Below, one piece after another: positions 1-9,398 of a DNA stretch of 32,328 nt. The DNA lies in the sequence record SRR22947725_131, one strand, 5' to 3'. The notes below the pieces were generated by a model, which saw only the letters and a program-made list of their open reading frames with translations, was not told where the DNA came from and ran no database searches. The stretch's first letter is position 1; every line of letters starts with the position of its first letter. Made by a program: the position numbers and the translations under genes.

Positions 1-29
1 GAGTCTAGGTTCGAGCCCTAGTAGGCCAA
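1..29 (+). tRNA. 3' part of a tRNA, truncated by the window edge; probably tRNA-Gln
   Basis: T-arm CTAGG-TTCGAGC-CCTAG (5-21), then acceptor 3' strand TAGGCCA (22-28) and discriminator A29; CCA not encoded. GAGTCTAGGTTCGAGCCCTAG resembles flavobacterial tRNA-Gln as I recall it. The anticodon lies outside the window, so identity is less certain than the tRNA call. Confidence 0.85.
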
Positions 30-30
30 C

Positions 31-67
31 TTTAATTAACGGTGTTTAATTAAATTCTTTGTTTTTG
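31..67 (+). terminator. Weak AT-only hairpin plus T-rich tail after the tRNA (possible terminator)
   Basis: TTTAATTAA (31-39) pairs with TTAATTAAA (46-54) around a CGGTGT loop, followed by TTCTTTGTTTTTG. The stem has no GC pairs. Confidence 0.35.
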
Positions 68-85
68 TAGAATTTAGTATATTTG
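58..85 (+). promoter_or_regulatory. Bacteroidota housekeeping-sigma promoter for rimP-nusA-infB
   Basis: -7 element TATATTTG (78-85) matches TAnnTTTG; TTTG at 58-61 is a possible -33 element (16 nt spacing, slightly short). Confidence 0.7.
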
Positions 86-105
86 CACTGCATTATTGAA
101 AATTT

Positions 106-132
106 GAGGGGGACAATGTCCCCTTCTTTATT
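106..132 (+). terminator. GC-rich leader hairpin / attenuator upstream of rimP
   Basis: GAGGGGGAC-AAT-GTCCCCTTC (106-126) forms a 9-bp stem with one G-U pair, followed by TTTATT. It lies between the promoter and the probable rimP start and is a GC-rich outlier in AT-rich DNA. Confidence 0.7.
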
Positions 133-145
133 AAATGTATCTGAT

Positions 146-613
146 TTGAAAGAAATATTAGAAAAATTATTTATCGAATTCTTTGATGACAATAAAGAAC
201 TTTTTTTAGTGGATTTAAATGTTGATTCATTTAAAATTGATATTAAAATTGATGGTGATAACGGAGTTAAGGTTAGTGATTGCGTTTTATTGTCTAAACA
301 TATCAAAAAACATTTTGATACGGAGTTAGATGATTTTAGTTTAAACGTTAGTTCAGCTGGACTCATGTCTCCGTTAGTTACATACAGACAGTTTTTAAAA
401 AATTTAAAAAGGAAATTGAATGTATCGTTAAAAGAAGGTGATGATATAAAAGGGAGTTTAATTAAAGTAAGCGAACAAGATATCACATTAGAATGGACCG
501 CTCGTGAGCCTAAACCTGTTGGAAAAGGCAAAGTGACAGTTAAAAAAAATAAATTAATTGCTTTTGAAGAAATTAAAAAAGCAAATTTAGTAGTTGAATT
601 TAATAAAATATAA
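146..613 (+). CDS. rimP: Ribosome maturation factor RimP
   Basis: IDGDNGVKVSDC..LSKHI and FSLNVSSAGL..PL motifs; directly upstream of nusA. The ORF-track start (83) overlaps the promoter and leader hairpin; in-frame TTG at 146 gives a typical length (alternative: ATG at 116 inside the hairpin). Confidence 0.93.
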   Translation: MKEILEKLFIEFFDDNKELFLVDLNVDSFKIDIKIDGDNGVKVSDCVLLSKHIKKHFDTELDDFSLNVSSAGLMSPLVTYRQFLKNLKRKLNVSLKEGDDIKGSLIKVSEQDITLEWTAREPKPVGKGKVTVKKNKLIAFEEIKKANLVVEFNKI

Positions 614-615
614 GC

Positions 616-1848
616 ATGGAAAATTTATCTTTAATAGAATCGTTTTCGGAATTTAAGGACGAAAAATTTATAGACAGAGTAACATTAATGTCAATACTTG
701 AGGAGGTTTTTAGAAACACTCTTAAAAGAAAGTATGGTGACGATGATAACTTTGATATAATTATTAATCCCGATAAAGGTGATTTAGAGATTTGGAGAAA
801 TAGAATAGTTGTTGAAGATGGTGCAGTTGAGGACGAAAATCAAGAAATTTCAATTACTGAGGCTAGAAAAATCGAACCTGATTTTGAAGTTGGTGAGGAC
901 GTATCAGAAGAAGTTAAACTAGTTGATCTCGGAAGAAGAACAGTTCTTTCATTAAGACAAAATTTAGTTTCTAGAGTTCATGAGCATGATAATGGAATTA
1001 TTTACAAACAATTTATTGATTTAATTGGTGAAATATATACAGCAGAAGTCCATCATATTAGACATAATGTTGTGATATTACTTGATGATGATGGCAATGA
1101 ATTAATTATGCCTAAAGACCGTCAAATCCCCTCTGATTTTTACAGAAAAGGAGATTCTGTTAGAGGCGTTATTGAGTCTGTAGAATTAAAAGGAAATAAG
1201 CCCTCAATTATTTTTTCAAGAACTTCTCCAAAGTTTTTAGAAAAACTTTTTGAACAAGATATTCCTGAAGTATTTGATGGCCTAATTTCAGTTAAAAAAG
1301 TTGTTAGAATACCTGGTGAAAAAGCAAAAGTTGCTGTGGATTCATATGATGATAGAATTGATCCAGTTGGAGCCTGTGTTGGTATGAAAGGATCTAGAAT
1401 TCACGGAATTGTAAGAGAACTTGGAAATGAAAACATTGATGTTATCAATTTTACTAATAACACTCAATTATTAATAACAAGAGCATTAAGTCCAGCAAAA
1501 ATTTCTTCTTTAAAAATTAATGAAGAGAAAAAAACTGTAGAAGCCTTCATGGATCCAGAGCAAGTGTCGAAAGCTATTGGAAGAGGTGGACACAATATTA
1601 GATTAGCAGGTCAATTAACTGGTTATGAAATAGACGTATATAGAGAAGGAGCTGAGGAAGATGTTGAATTAACTGAATTTTCTGATGAAATTGAAGGATG
1701 GGTTCTTGAAGAATTTAAGAAAGCTGGTCTTGACACTGCAAAAAGTGTTTTAGAGCAAGATATTGAAGATTTGATTAAAAGAACTGATTTAGAAGAGGAA
1801 ACTATCTTGTCAGTTAGAAACGTATTAAAAGCAGAATTTTCTGAATAA
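616..1848 (+). CDS. nusA: Transcription termination/antitermination factor NusA
   Basis: S1 and KH domains; [37 protein letters not shown]; Bacteroidota-type acidic C-terminal extension. Confidence 0.98.
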   Translation: MENLSLIESFSEFKDEKFIDRVTLMSILEEVFRNTLKRKYGDDDNFDIIINPDKGDLEIWRNRIVVEDGAVEDENQEISITEARKIEPDFEVGEDVSEEVKLVDLGRRTVLSLRQNLVSRVHEHDNGIIYKQFIDLIGEIYTAEVHHIRHNVVILLDDDGNELIMPKDRQIPSDFYRKGDSVRGVIESVELKGNKPSIIFSRTSPKFLEKLFEQDIPEVFDGLISVKKVVRIPGEKAKVAVDSYDDRIDPVGACVGMKGSRIHGIVRELGNENIDVINFTNNTQLLITRALSPAKISSLKINEEKKTVEAFMDPEQVSKAIGRGGHNIRLAGQLTGYEIDVYREGAEEDVELTEFSDEIEGWVLEEFKKAGLDTAKSVLEQDIEDLIKRTDLEEETILSVRNVLKAEFSE

Positions 1849-1859
1849 TAAAATTATTT

Positions 1860-4457
1860 ATGGGTGAAATTAAATTAACAAGATTAAATAAAATTTTAAG
1901 AGAATTTAATATTTCTCTTGATAGAGCAGTTGAGTTTCTTGCCTCAAACGGGCATGAAATTGATGCAAGACCTACTACTAAAATTTCACCTGATCAGTAT
2001 ACTTTGTTTTTGAATGAATTTAGTTCTGACAAATCAAGTAAAGTAGAGTCACACGATTTAAGCGAAGAAAAAAGAAAAGAAAAAGAAGAGTTAAGAGTTA
2101 AGCTTGAAAAAGAACTTGAAGAAAAAGAGAAGAAAAGAAGTTCGTTTATTGAAAGAGCTGAAATCAAAAAACCTGTTCATTTAGGTAAAATTGATTTAGA
2201 AAAGTTCAATAAACCAAAGCCAAATACAAAAGAGGAACCAGTTGCTAAGAAAGAAATTGCGAAACCTGTTGAAAAGACTGAAAAAACTAAAGAAGAGCCA
2301 CAAGTTGATAAAGACAGCTCTAGTATTAAAACAAATTACACTAAATTAAGTGGATTAAAAACAGTTGGAGATAAAATTGACTTAGGAAAGTTTGAAAAAC
2401 CTAAGCCAACTACACAAAAACCCATTCCTGCGTCAAAAAGAAAAAGAATTCGAATTTCTAAAGATCCAGTAAAGCCATCTGCCCAAAATAATAATAATAA
2501 CAAAAGGAATTTTAACAAACCTGGCGGAAGAACTAAGCCTGTTGCAAGTGAGCCTTCGGAAGTTGATGTTCAAAAACAAATTAAAGAAACCTTAGAAAAA
2601 CTACAAGGTAGATCTTCATCTAAAGGAGCTAAGTATAGAAAAGAAAAAAGAGATTCTCATAAATTGAAATCAGATGAGGATTTAGCTCAGAATGAAGCCG
2701 AAAAGAAAACAATTAAAGTTACTGAGTTTATTACTGTTGGAGAAGTTGCTACAATGATGGAGATAACATCAACCGAGATTATTTCTACATGCATGTCATT
2801 AGGTATTATGGTAACTATGAATCAAAGACTTGATGCAGAAACTTTAACTATTGTTGCAGATGAATTTGGCTATGAAGTTGAATTTGTAACTGCTGACATT
2901 GAAGACTCTATAAAAGAAGATGAAGACAGCCCTGAAGATTTACTTCCAAGAGCGCCAATTGTTACTGTTATGGGGCATGTAGATCATGGAAAAACTTCTC
3001 TGTTAGATTATATTAGAGAGGAAAATGTTATTGCTGGTGAGTCTGGTGGAATTACTCAGCATATTGGTGCTTACAATGTCGTATTAAAAGATGGTCAAAA
3101 CATAACATTTTTAGACACACCCGGTCACGAAGCATTTACTGCCATGCGTGCACGTGGAACTCAAATCACAGATTTAGTAATTATAGTAATTGCTGCTGAC
3201 GATGATGTAATGCCACAAACAAAAGAAGCAATAAGTCATGCGCAAGCTGCAGGTGTGCCTATTATTTTTGCTATTAATAAAATAGATCGACCAAATTCAA
3301 ATCCTGATAAAATTAAAGAAAAGTTATCAGGTATGAATTTACTTATTGAAGAATGGGGAGGTAAAATTCAATCTCATGATGTATCTGCTTTAAAAGGAAC
3401 GGGAGTTGATGAATTACTTGAAAAGGTTTTACTTGAAGCAGAATTTTTAGAACTTAAAGCAAATCCAAATAAAGCTGCAGTAGGTTCAGTAGTTGAAGCT
3501 TACCTAGACAAAGGAAAAGGTTATATTTCTACGATTTTAGTCCAGTCTGGGACTTTAAAAATTGGAGACTATTTATTGGCTGGTCAAAATTCTGGGAAAG
3601 TTAAAGCAATGCAGGACGAAAGAGGAAATGCAATTATTGAGGCTGGTCCTTCAACTCCTGTATCAATATTAGGTCTTGATGGAGCTCCGCAAGCTGGAGA
3701 TAAATTTAATGTATTTGAAGATGAGAAAGAAGCAAAACAAATTGCAGTAAAAAGAACGCAGTTAGTTAGAGAACAGTCAGTTAGAACACAAAAACACATT
3801 ACTCTTGATGAAATTGGAAGAAGAATTGCTGTGGGTGAATTTAAAGAGTTAAATATTATTTTAAAAGGTGATGTTGACGGATCTGTTGAAGCGCTTACCG
3901 ATTCCTTTCAAAAATTATCAACTGACGAAATTCTTATTAATATAATTCACAAAGCTGTTGGCGCAATTACAGAGTCAGATGTATTATTAGCTTCTGCTTC
4001 AGACGCAATAATTATTGGGTTTAATGTTCGGCCAACCGGAAATGCTAGACAAATAGCTGATAAGGAAGAAATCGATATTAGAAATTATTCAATTATTTAT
4101 GATGCAATAAATGATCTCAAAGATGCTATGGAAGGTATGTTAGCTCCAAAATTCAAAGAGGAAATTTCTGGAAACGCTGAAATTAGAGAAACATTTAAAA
4201 TTTCTAAAGTTGGTACTATTGCAGGTTGTATGGTGACTAGTGGAAAGATTTTTAGAAATTCCAGTATAAGAATTATAAGAGATGGTGTTGTAATTAATTC
4301 TGGTGTATTATCGTCATTAAAAAGATTTAAAGATGACGCAAAGGAAGTGTCTAAAGGTTATGACTGTGGATTACAAGTCAAAAACTACAATGATATTAGA
4401 ATTGGTGATGTGATTGAAGCATATTCTCAAGTTGAAATAAAAAAGAAATTAAAGTAA
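1860..4457 (+). CDS. infB: Translation initiation factor IF-2
   Basis: [26 protein letters not shown] and NKID GTPase motifs; C-terminal [17 protein letters not shown]. Confidence 0.99.
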   Translation: MGEIKLTRLNKILREFNISLDRAVEFLASNGHEIDARPTTKISPDQYTLFLNEFSSDKSSKVESHDLSEEKRKEKEELRVKLEKELEEKEKKRSSFIERAEIKKPVHLGKIDLEKFNKPKPNTKEEPVAKKEIAKPVEKTEKTKEEPQVDKDSSSIKTNYTKLSGLKTVGDKIDLGKFEKPKPTTQKPIPASKRKRIRISKDPVKPSAQNNNNNKRNFNKPGGRTKPVASEPSEVDVQKQIKETLEKLQGRSSSKGAKYRKEKRDSHKLKSDEDLAQNEAEKKTIKVTEFITVGEVATMMEITSTEIISTCMSLGIMVTMNQRLDAETLTIVADEFGYEVEFVTADIEDSIKEDEDSPEDLLPRAPIVTVMGHVDHGKTSLLDYIREENVIAGESGGITQHIGAYNVVLKDGQNITFLDTPGHEAFTAMRARGTQITDLVIIVIAADDDVMPQTKEAISHAQAAGVPIIFAINKIDRPNSNPDKIKEKLSGMNLLIEEWGGKIQSHDVSALKGTGVDELLEKVLLEAEFLELKANPNKAAVGSVVEAYLDKGKGYISTILVQSGTLKIGDYLLAGQNSGKVKAMQDERGNAIIEAGPSTPVSILGLDGAPQAGDKFNVFEDEKEAKQIAVKRTQLVREQSVRTQKHITLDEIGRRIAVGEFKELNIILKGDVDGSVEALTDSFQKLSTDEILINIIHKAVGAITESDVLLASASDAIIIGFNVRPTGNARQIADKEEIDIRNYSIIYDAINDLKDAMEGMLAPKFKEEISGNAEIRETFKISKVGTIAGCMVTSGKIFRNSSIRIIRDGVVINSGVLSSLKRFKDDAKEVSKGYDCGLQVKNYNDIRIGDVIEAYSQVEIKKKLK

Positions 4458-4829
4458 TTATTTAGGTTGTAAAATAAATGCTGAACTAAATTCTTTTTTA
4501 ATATTTTTCAGTTCCTTTATTGCTTTAATTCTAGACACATATTTTCCTAATCTTATTTTATAGTATGGCGTCTCAAAACTGTAAAATATTTCTTCATATT
4601 TTCCTTCAGTTTTCAATTTATCCATTAAATTTTTATAGTCTGTAAAATTCCCGCTAAAAACTTGAATAGTGTATTGGCCAGATGTAAAAGCCTCCTGATT
4701 TACAATTTTTTTTAATTCAATAACTTTTTTAAGTTTTGGATCTTGATTTATTATAATTGAATCTGATTGAGAAAAAGATTTAAAGCTAATTATCAATAAA
4801 AAAAATACAGAAAAGACTGATTTATACAT
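4458..4829 (-). CDS. Secreted SPOR-domain protein
   Basis: Signal peptide; YTIQVFSG...YYKIRLGKY..RIKA...EFSSAFIL is a typical SPOR pattern. Confidence 0.8.
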   Translation of the reverse strand: MYKSVFSVFFLLIISFKSFSQSDSIIINQDPKLKKVIELKKIVNQEAFTSGQYTIQVFSGNFTDYKNLMDKLKTEGKYEEIFYSFETPYYKIRLGKYVSRIKAIKELKNIKKEFSSAFILQPK

Positions 4830-4834
4830 CTTTA

Positions 4835-4842
4835 CAAATATA
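4835..4842 (-). promoter_or_regulatory. -7 promoter element of the SPOR gene (likely leaderless)
   Basis: CAAATATA on + reads TATATTTG on -, ending 5 nt before the ATG at 4829. Confidence 0.6.
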
Positions 4843-4892
4843 GTTTTTTGCCTAGGGTTTTTTTAAAATAAATAGGTTTTTTTTTAATAATT

Positions 4893-4911
4893 ATTTAGAA
4901 TGGATATAAAT
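4893..4911. promoter_or_regulatory. Putative Fur-family operator
   Basis: ATTTAGAATGGATATAAAT is an imperfect 19-bp palindrome, 15/19 identical to ATTTAGAATTATTCTAAAT, the flavobacterial Fur box as I recall it. It sits upstream of a heme/Fe-S-rich operon. Confidence 0.5.
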
Positions 4912-4956
4912 TAAAAATTACATTTAAGTTAGGTTTTAATTATCATTCTTGTGTTG

Positions 4957-4964
4957 TATTTTTG
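4957..4964 (+). promoter_or_regulatory. -7 promoter element of the act-cox operon
   Basis: TATTTTTG followed by CC, about 26 nt upstream of the first possible actA start; no clear -33 TTTG. Confidence 0.55.
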
Positions 4965-4990
4965 CCGTCTAATTTTGATACAATTTTTAA

Positions 4991-6301
4991 TTGTCAGTCG
5001 TAGTAAAAACATCTTTATTGAAGACTATTTTGAAACTGTTTAAGCAAGTATCTGTTTCCAAGGTATTTTTAGCTGTTTTAATTTTTTCTTTTTCACTAAA
5101 TATTTCAGCACAAGAAATTGATATAGCAAAAGGCAAATCTCTTTTTAATGCTAATTGTGCTTCATGTCACAAACTAAATAAAAATTTAGTTGGACCTGCT
5201 CTAAAAGGCGTGTCTGCTAAATATGATAAAGACTGGCTTTATTCTTGGATAAAAAATAGTGCTGCACTAATCAAGTCTGGAGATGACCAAGCAGTAGCTA
5301 TTTACGAAGAGTATAATAAAGTTGCAATGAATGCTTTTCCTCAACTTTCTAATGAGGATATTGATAATATATTAGCATATACTGATTATGTTCCTGAACC
5401 TGTAGTTAACGCAAATGCTGCGGCAGTTACAATAAATTCTGATAGCGATTCTTCATTAACAAATGATATCGTCCTTGTTTTACTTACTGTAGTTTTATTA
5501 GTACTAATAACGATGCTGTTTTTAGTAACCAAAACTTTAAGAAATATTGCTGAAAAAAATGGAATAAATGTTGAAAACAAACAAGGTTCTAAGTTTTCTA
5601 TTTGGCAAGCATTTATTAAAAACCAATTTTTAATTTTTGTTTCAGTTATTTTACTTTTACTATCTAGTGCATATTTTGCCTATGGTTATATGATGCAAAT
5701 TGGAGTTGATCAGGGTTACATGCCTGTTCAGCCCATACATTATTCACATAAAATTCATGCAGGTGCAAACCAAATTGAATGCCAGTACTGTCATTCATCT
5801 GCTAGGATATCAAAACACTCTGGAATTCCTTCCCTTAATGTTTGTATGAATTGTCATGAAAACATTGCTGATTACAATGGCGAAGAAGATCTTGAAAAAG
5901 GATACACTAAAGATTTTTATACAAACGAAATAAAAAAACTTTACAAGGCTGTTGGTTGGGATGAAGAAACTCAATCATACACTGGCGATACTGAACCTGT
6001 TAAATGGGTAAGAATACATAATTTACCTGATTTTGTTTATTTCAATCATTCTCAACATGTTTCGGTTGCAGGAATTGATTGCCAGAAATGTCATGGACCA
6101 GTTGAAGAAATGGAAATACTGTATCAATATTCTCCTCTAACCATGGGTTGGTGTATTGATTGTCATCGTGAGTCAAATATTAAAGTTAAAGACAATGAGT
6201 ATTATACAAAAATACACGAAGAGTTGTCAAAAAAATATGGAGTTGAAGAATTATCTATTGCTCAAATGGGTGGTTTAGAATGTGGAAAATGTCATTATTA
6301 A
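4991..6301 (+). CDS. actA: Alternative Complex III subunit A, hexaheme cytochrome c
   Basis: Six CxxCH motifs (CASCH in an N-terminal monoheme domain; CQYCH, CMNCH, CQKCH, CIDCH, CGKCH), two internal TM helices, and PDFVYFNHSQH. Start is uncertain: in-frame TTGs at 4991, 5018 and 5030. Confidence 0.95.
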   Translation: MSVVVKTSLLKTILKLFKQVSVSKVFLAVLIFSFSLNISAQEIDIAKGKSLFNANCASCHKLNKNLVGPALKGVSAKYDKDWLYSWIKNSAALIKSGDDQAVAIYEEYNKVAMNAFPQLSNEDIDNILAYTDYVPEPVVNANAAAVTINSDSDSSLTNDIVLVLLTVVLLVLITMLFLVTKTLRNIAEKNGINVENKQGSKFSIWQAFIKNQFLIFVSVILLLLSSAYFAYGYMMQIGVDQGYMPVQPIHYSHKIHAGANQIECQYCHSSARISKHSGIPSLNVCMNCHENIADYNGEEDLEKGYTKDFYTNEIKKLYKAVGWDEETQSYTGDTEPVKWVRIHNLPDFVYFNHSQHVSVAGIDCQKCHGPVEEMEILYQYSPLTMGWCIDCHRESNIKVKDNEYYTKIHEELSKKYGVEELSIAQMGGLECGKCHY

Positions 6302-6318
6302 AAAAGTAATATTAGAAA

Positions 6319-9300
6319 ATGGGAAACCATAAAAAATATTGGAAAAGTGAATTAGAATTGTCTTCTGATAGTGAATTAGTGGATAAGCTAGAACAAAATG
6401 AGTTTGTTGAAGAACTTCCTGTTGGGAGTTTATTTGAAGATGAGAATAGTTTAGAAAATTCTAATGCTAGTAGAAGAGACTTTTTAAAATATTTAGGATT
6501 TAGTACTGCTGCAGCTACAATAGCTAGTTGTGAAGGTCCTGTTAATAGATCTATTCCTTATGTTGTACAACCTGAGCAAATAGTTCCAGGTATTTCTAAT
6601 TTCTATGCAACATCAATTTCTGATGGGTTTGATTTTGCAAATGTACTTGTAAAAACAAGAGAGGGTAGACCAATTAAAATTGAAATCAATAATCAATCAA
6701 AAGATAATTCTCCAAACGCTAGGGTTCAAGCTTCAGTTCTTTCAATGTATGATAGTTCAAGAAATCAGGGTCCAACAATGGATGGCCAGGATATTTCTTG
6801 GAATCAGTTTAATTTAAATGTTAAAGCTCAACTTGATGCAATGAAAGCGTCAAACAAAAAAGTTGTTTTGCTGACACAAACTTTTGCTAGTCCTACTACT
6901 GAATTAATAATTAATAATTTTCTAAAGAAATATTCTAATGTTGATCATATTATTTACGATTCTATTTCAAATTCAAAAGCGTTAGACGCTTTTGAAATTA
7001 GCTACGGAGTTAGAGCATTGCCAACCTACGATTTTGAAAAAGCAAATGTTATTGTTTCTTTTTCTGCTGATTTTCTTGGTGACTGGCAAGGTGGAGGATT
7101 TTCCAAGGGTTATGCTAAAACAAGAGTTCCTAAGAACGGGAAGATGTCTAAGCACTATCAAATTGAGGCTAATATGTCGCTCTCAGGCGCAAATGCAGAT
7201 ACAAGGATACCTTTAAAACCTTCTTTACAAAAAAAGGCTTTACTTAGAATTTATGACCTTGTTTCTGGACAAAATAGTGGTGTTAAGTTAGACGATAATA
7301 TTGAAGTAAAATTAAAATCAATATCAGATAGCTTATTAAACTCAAACGGAAAAGGTATTTTTATTACTGGAATTGATGATGTAGGGGCACAACTCATTTC
7401 TCTAAAAATTAATCAGTTAATTAAGAGTAAAGTAATTAATGTTCAAAAGCTTAATTATACTAGTCAAGGCGATGATCAAAAAGTTTTTGATCTTGTTGAA
7501 GACGTTTTAAATAAAAAAATTAATGGATTAATTATGGTTGGAGTAAATCCATCATATACTCTTCCAAATAGTGAACAATTTAACGAAGCATTAAAGTCCG
7601 TTGATTTGTCAGTTTCTTTTTCAATGAATAATACAGAAACTGCTAAACTTTCAAAATGGGTTGCAGCAACTCCTCATTATTTAGAATCTTGGGGCGATGT
7701 AGAAATGAAGTCCGGTAACTATAGTTTGGTACAACCTACTATTAAACCTCTTTTTGACACTTTACAGTTTCAAGACGTTTTATTAAACTGGCTAGGTTCT
7801 TCAAACTCATTTTACGATGAATTAAAAAGTAATTGGAACGTATCAATTCTTAAAGGTTCATCTTGGAATCAAGCTTTACATGATGGAGTTTATTATAATA
7901 ATTATAGCTCAAAAAAATTTAGTTCACCCTATACTTTTCCAAATATTAACAACTATATAGATAGTTTAAAATCTTCAGAATCCGATGGTTTTGAATTGAC
8001 ACTTTATTCAAAAACATCAATGGGTAATGGATTACAGGCTAATAACCCTTGGCTACAAGAAATGCCAGATCCAATAACAAGAGTATCTTGGGATAACTAT
8101 CTAACTGTTTCTAAATCAGATGCAAAAAATTTAGGATTAAAAAACATTAATGATTCTAATGGGGCATTAAACAGTAATTTTGCGAATGTTTCAATAAATG
8201 GTAAATCATTAAAAGTTCCTGTTGTTATTCAACCAGGCCAAGCTAAAGGTTCTGTTGGTTTTTCTTTGGGTTATGGTAGAACGAGCGGAGTTAAAAACGA
8301 ATTACAAACTGGAGTTAATGCTTATAAATTTTACAATAATTTTGTTAATGTCCAAAACGTCTCTCTTGAATCTGTGAATGAAACACACGAATTTGCTTGT
8401 GTTCAGCTTCACAATACTTTAATGGGACGTGGAGATATTATTAAAGAAACAACTCTTGAAATTTTTAATACAAAAAAATCTTCTGAGTGGAATTATATGA
8501 CACAGGTTTCTTTAAACCATATTGAAACTCCTGTGACTTCTCCAGATGTTGATATTTGGGACGAATTTGACAGATCTGTTGGTCACCACTTTAATTTATC
8601 AATTGATTTAAACGGGTGTACAGGATGTGGCGCATGTGTTATTTCATGTCATGCGGAGAATAATGTACCCGTTGTAGGTAAAACAGAAGTAAGAAAATCA
8701 AGAGACATGCACTGGTTGAGGATAGATAGATACTACTCTTCTGCTGAAACATTCTCTGGTGATAATACTACAAAAGATAATATCAATGGTCTAAGTGATT
8801 CTTTATCTGTTTTTGGTGAAATGGAAAATCCATCTGAAAACCCTCAGGTTGCTTTTCAACCAGTTATGTGTCAACATTGTAATCATGCACCTTGTGAGAC
8901 TGTTTGTCCAGTAGCGGCTACTTCTCATGGAAGACAAGGTCAAAACCATATGGCTTATAACAGGTGTGTAGGAACAAGATACTGTGCGAATAACTGTCCA
9001 TATAAAGTAAGAAGATTTAATTGGTTCTTATATAACAATAATAACGAGTTCGATTTCAATATGAACGATGATCTGGGCAAAATGGTTTTAAATCCGGATG
9101 TTGTTGTTAGATCAAGAGGTGTAATGGAAAAATGTTCAATGTGTATTCAAAAAACACAAAAAACAATTTTAGATGCTAAGCTTGATGGAAGAGAGATAAA
9201 AGATGGTGAATTCCAGACAGCTTGTTCTTCTGCTTGTGAAACAGGAGCCATCGTTTTTGGTGATATTAATGATGAAGATAGTAAGGTTTTAGAATTAAAA

Positions 9301-9384
9301 GAGGATGATAGAATGTATCATCTGTTAGAAAGTGTAGGTACAAAACCAAATGTTATGTATCAAGTTAAAATAAGAAATACGTAA
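6319..9384 (+). CDS. actB: ACIII subunit B (molybdopterin-oxidoreductase-like domain plus Fe-S domain)
   Basis: Tat motif SRRDFLK followed by lipobox IASC; Fe-S motifs CTGCGACVISC, CQHCNHAPCETVCP, CVGTRYCANNCP and CSMC...CSSAC. Confidence 0.96.
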   Translation: MGNHKKYWKSELELSSDSELVDKLEQNEFVEELPVGSLFEDENSLENSNASRRDFLKYLGFSTAAATIASCEGPVNRSIPYVVQPEQIVPGISNFYATSISDGFDFANVLVKTREGRPIKIEINNQSKDNSPNARVQASVLSMYDSSRNQGPTMDGQDISWNQFNLNVKAQLDAMKASNKKVVLLTQTFASPTTELIINNFLKKYSNVDHIIYDSISNSKALDAFEISYGVRALPTYDFEKANVIVSFSADFLGDWQGGGFSKGYAKTRVPKNGKMSKHYQIEANMSLSGANADTRIPLKPSLQKKALLRIYDLVSGQNSGVKLDDNIEVKLKSISDSLLNSNGKGIFITGIDDVGAQLISLKINQLIKSKVINVQKLNYTSQGDDQKVFDLVEDVLNKKINGLIMVGVNPSYTLPNSEQFNEALKSVDLSVSFSMNNTETAKLSKWVAATPHYLESWGDVEMKSGNYSLVQPTIKPLFDTLQFQDVLLNWLGSSNSFYDELKSNWNVSILKGSSWNQALHDGVYYNNYSSKKFSSPYTFPNINNYIDSLKSSESDGFELTLYSKTSMGNGLQANNPWLQEMPDPITRVSWDNYLTVSKSDAKNLGLKNINDSNGALNSNFANVSINGKSLKVPVVIQPGQAKGSVGFSLGYGRTSGVKNELQTGVNAYKFYNNFVNVQNVSLESVNETHEFACVQLHNTLMGRGDIIKETTLEIFNTKKSSEWNYMTQVSLNHIETPVTSPDVDIWDEFDRSVGHHFNLSIDLNGCTGCGACVISCHAENNVPVVGKTEVRKSRDMHWLRIDRYYSSAETFSGDNTTKDNINGLSDSLSVFGEMENPSENPQVAFQPVMCQHCNHAPCETVCPVAATSHGRQGQNHMAYNRCVGTRYCANNCPYKVRRFNWFLYNNNNEFDFNMNDDLGKMVLNPDVVVRSRGVMEKCSMCIQKTQKTILDAKLDGREIKDGEFQTACSSACETGAIVFGDINDEDSKVLELKEDDRMYHLLESVGTKPNVMYQVKIRNT

Positions 9385-9398
9385 AAAGATAAATATAT

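Noticed and set aside
1..60. tRNA 3' end as an integration site or island boundary
   Set aside because: No integrase, no duplicated tRNA 3' end noticed, and core genes follow immediately.
83..145. N-terminal extension of RimP from the ORF-track start
   Set aside because: Overlaps the -7 promoter element and the leader hairpin; homology-like sequence begins around 146.
46..531. 161-aa minus-strand ORF
   Set aside because: Antisense shadow of rimP with no recognisable motifs.
2487..2501. AAT trinucleotide run in infB (poly-Asn)
   Set aside because: Short and in frame, within the naturally variable low-complexity IF2 N-terminal region.
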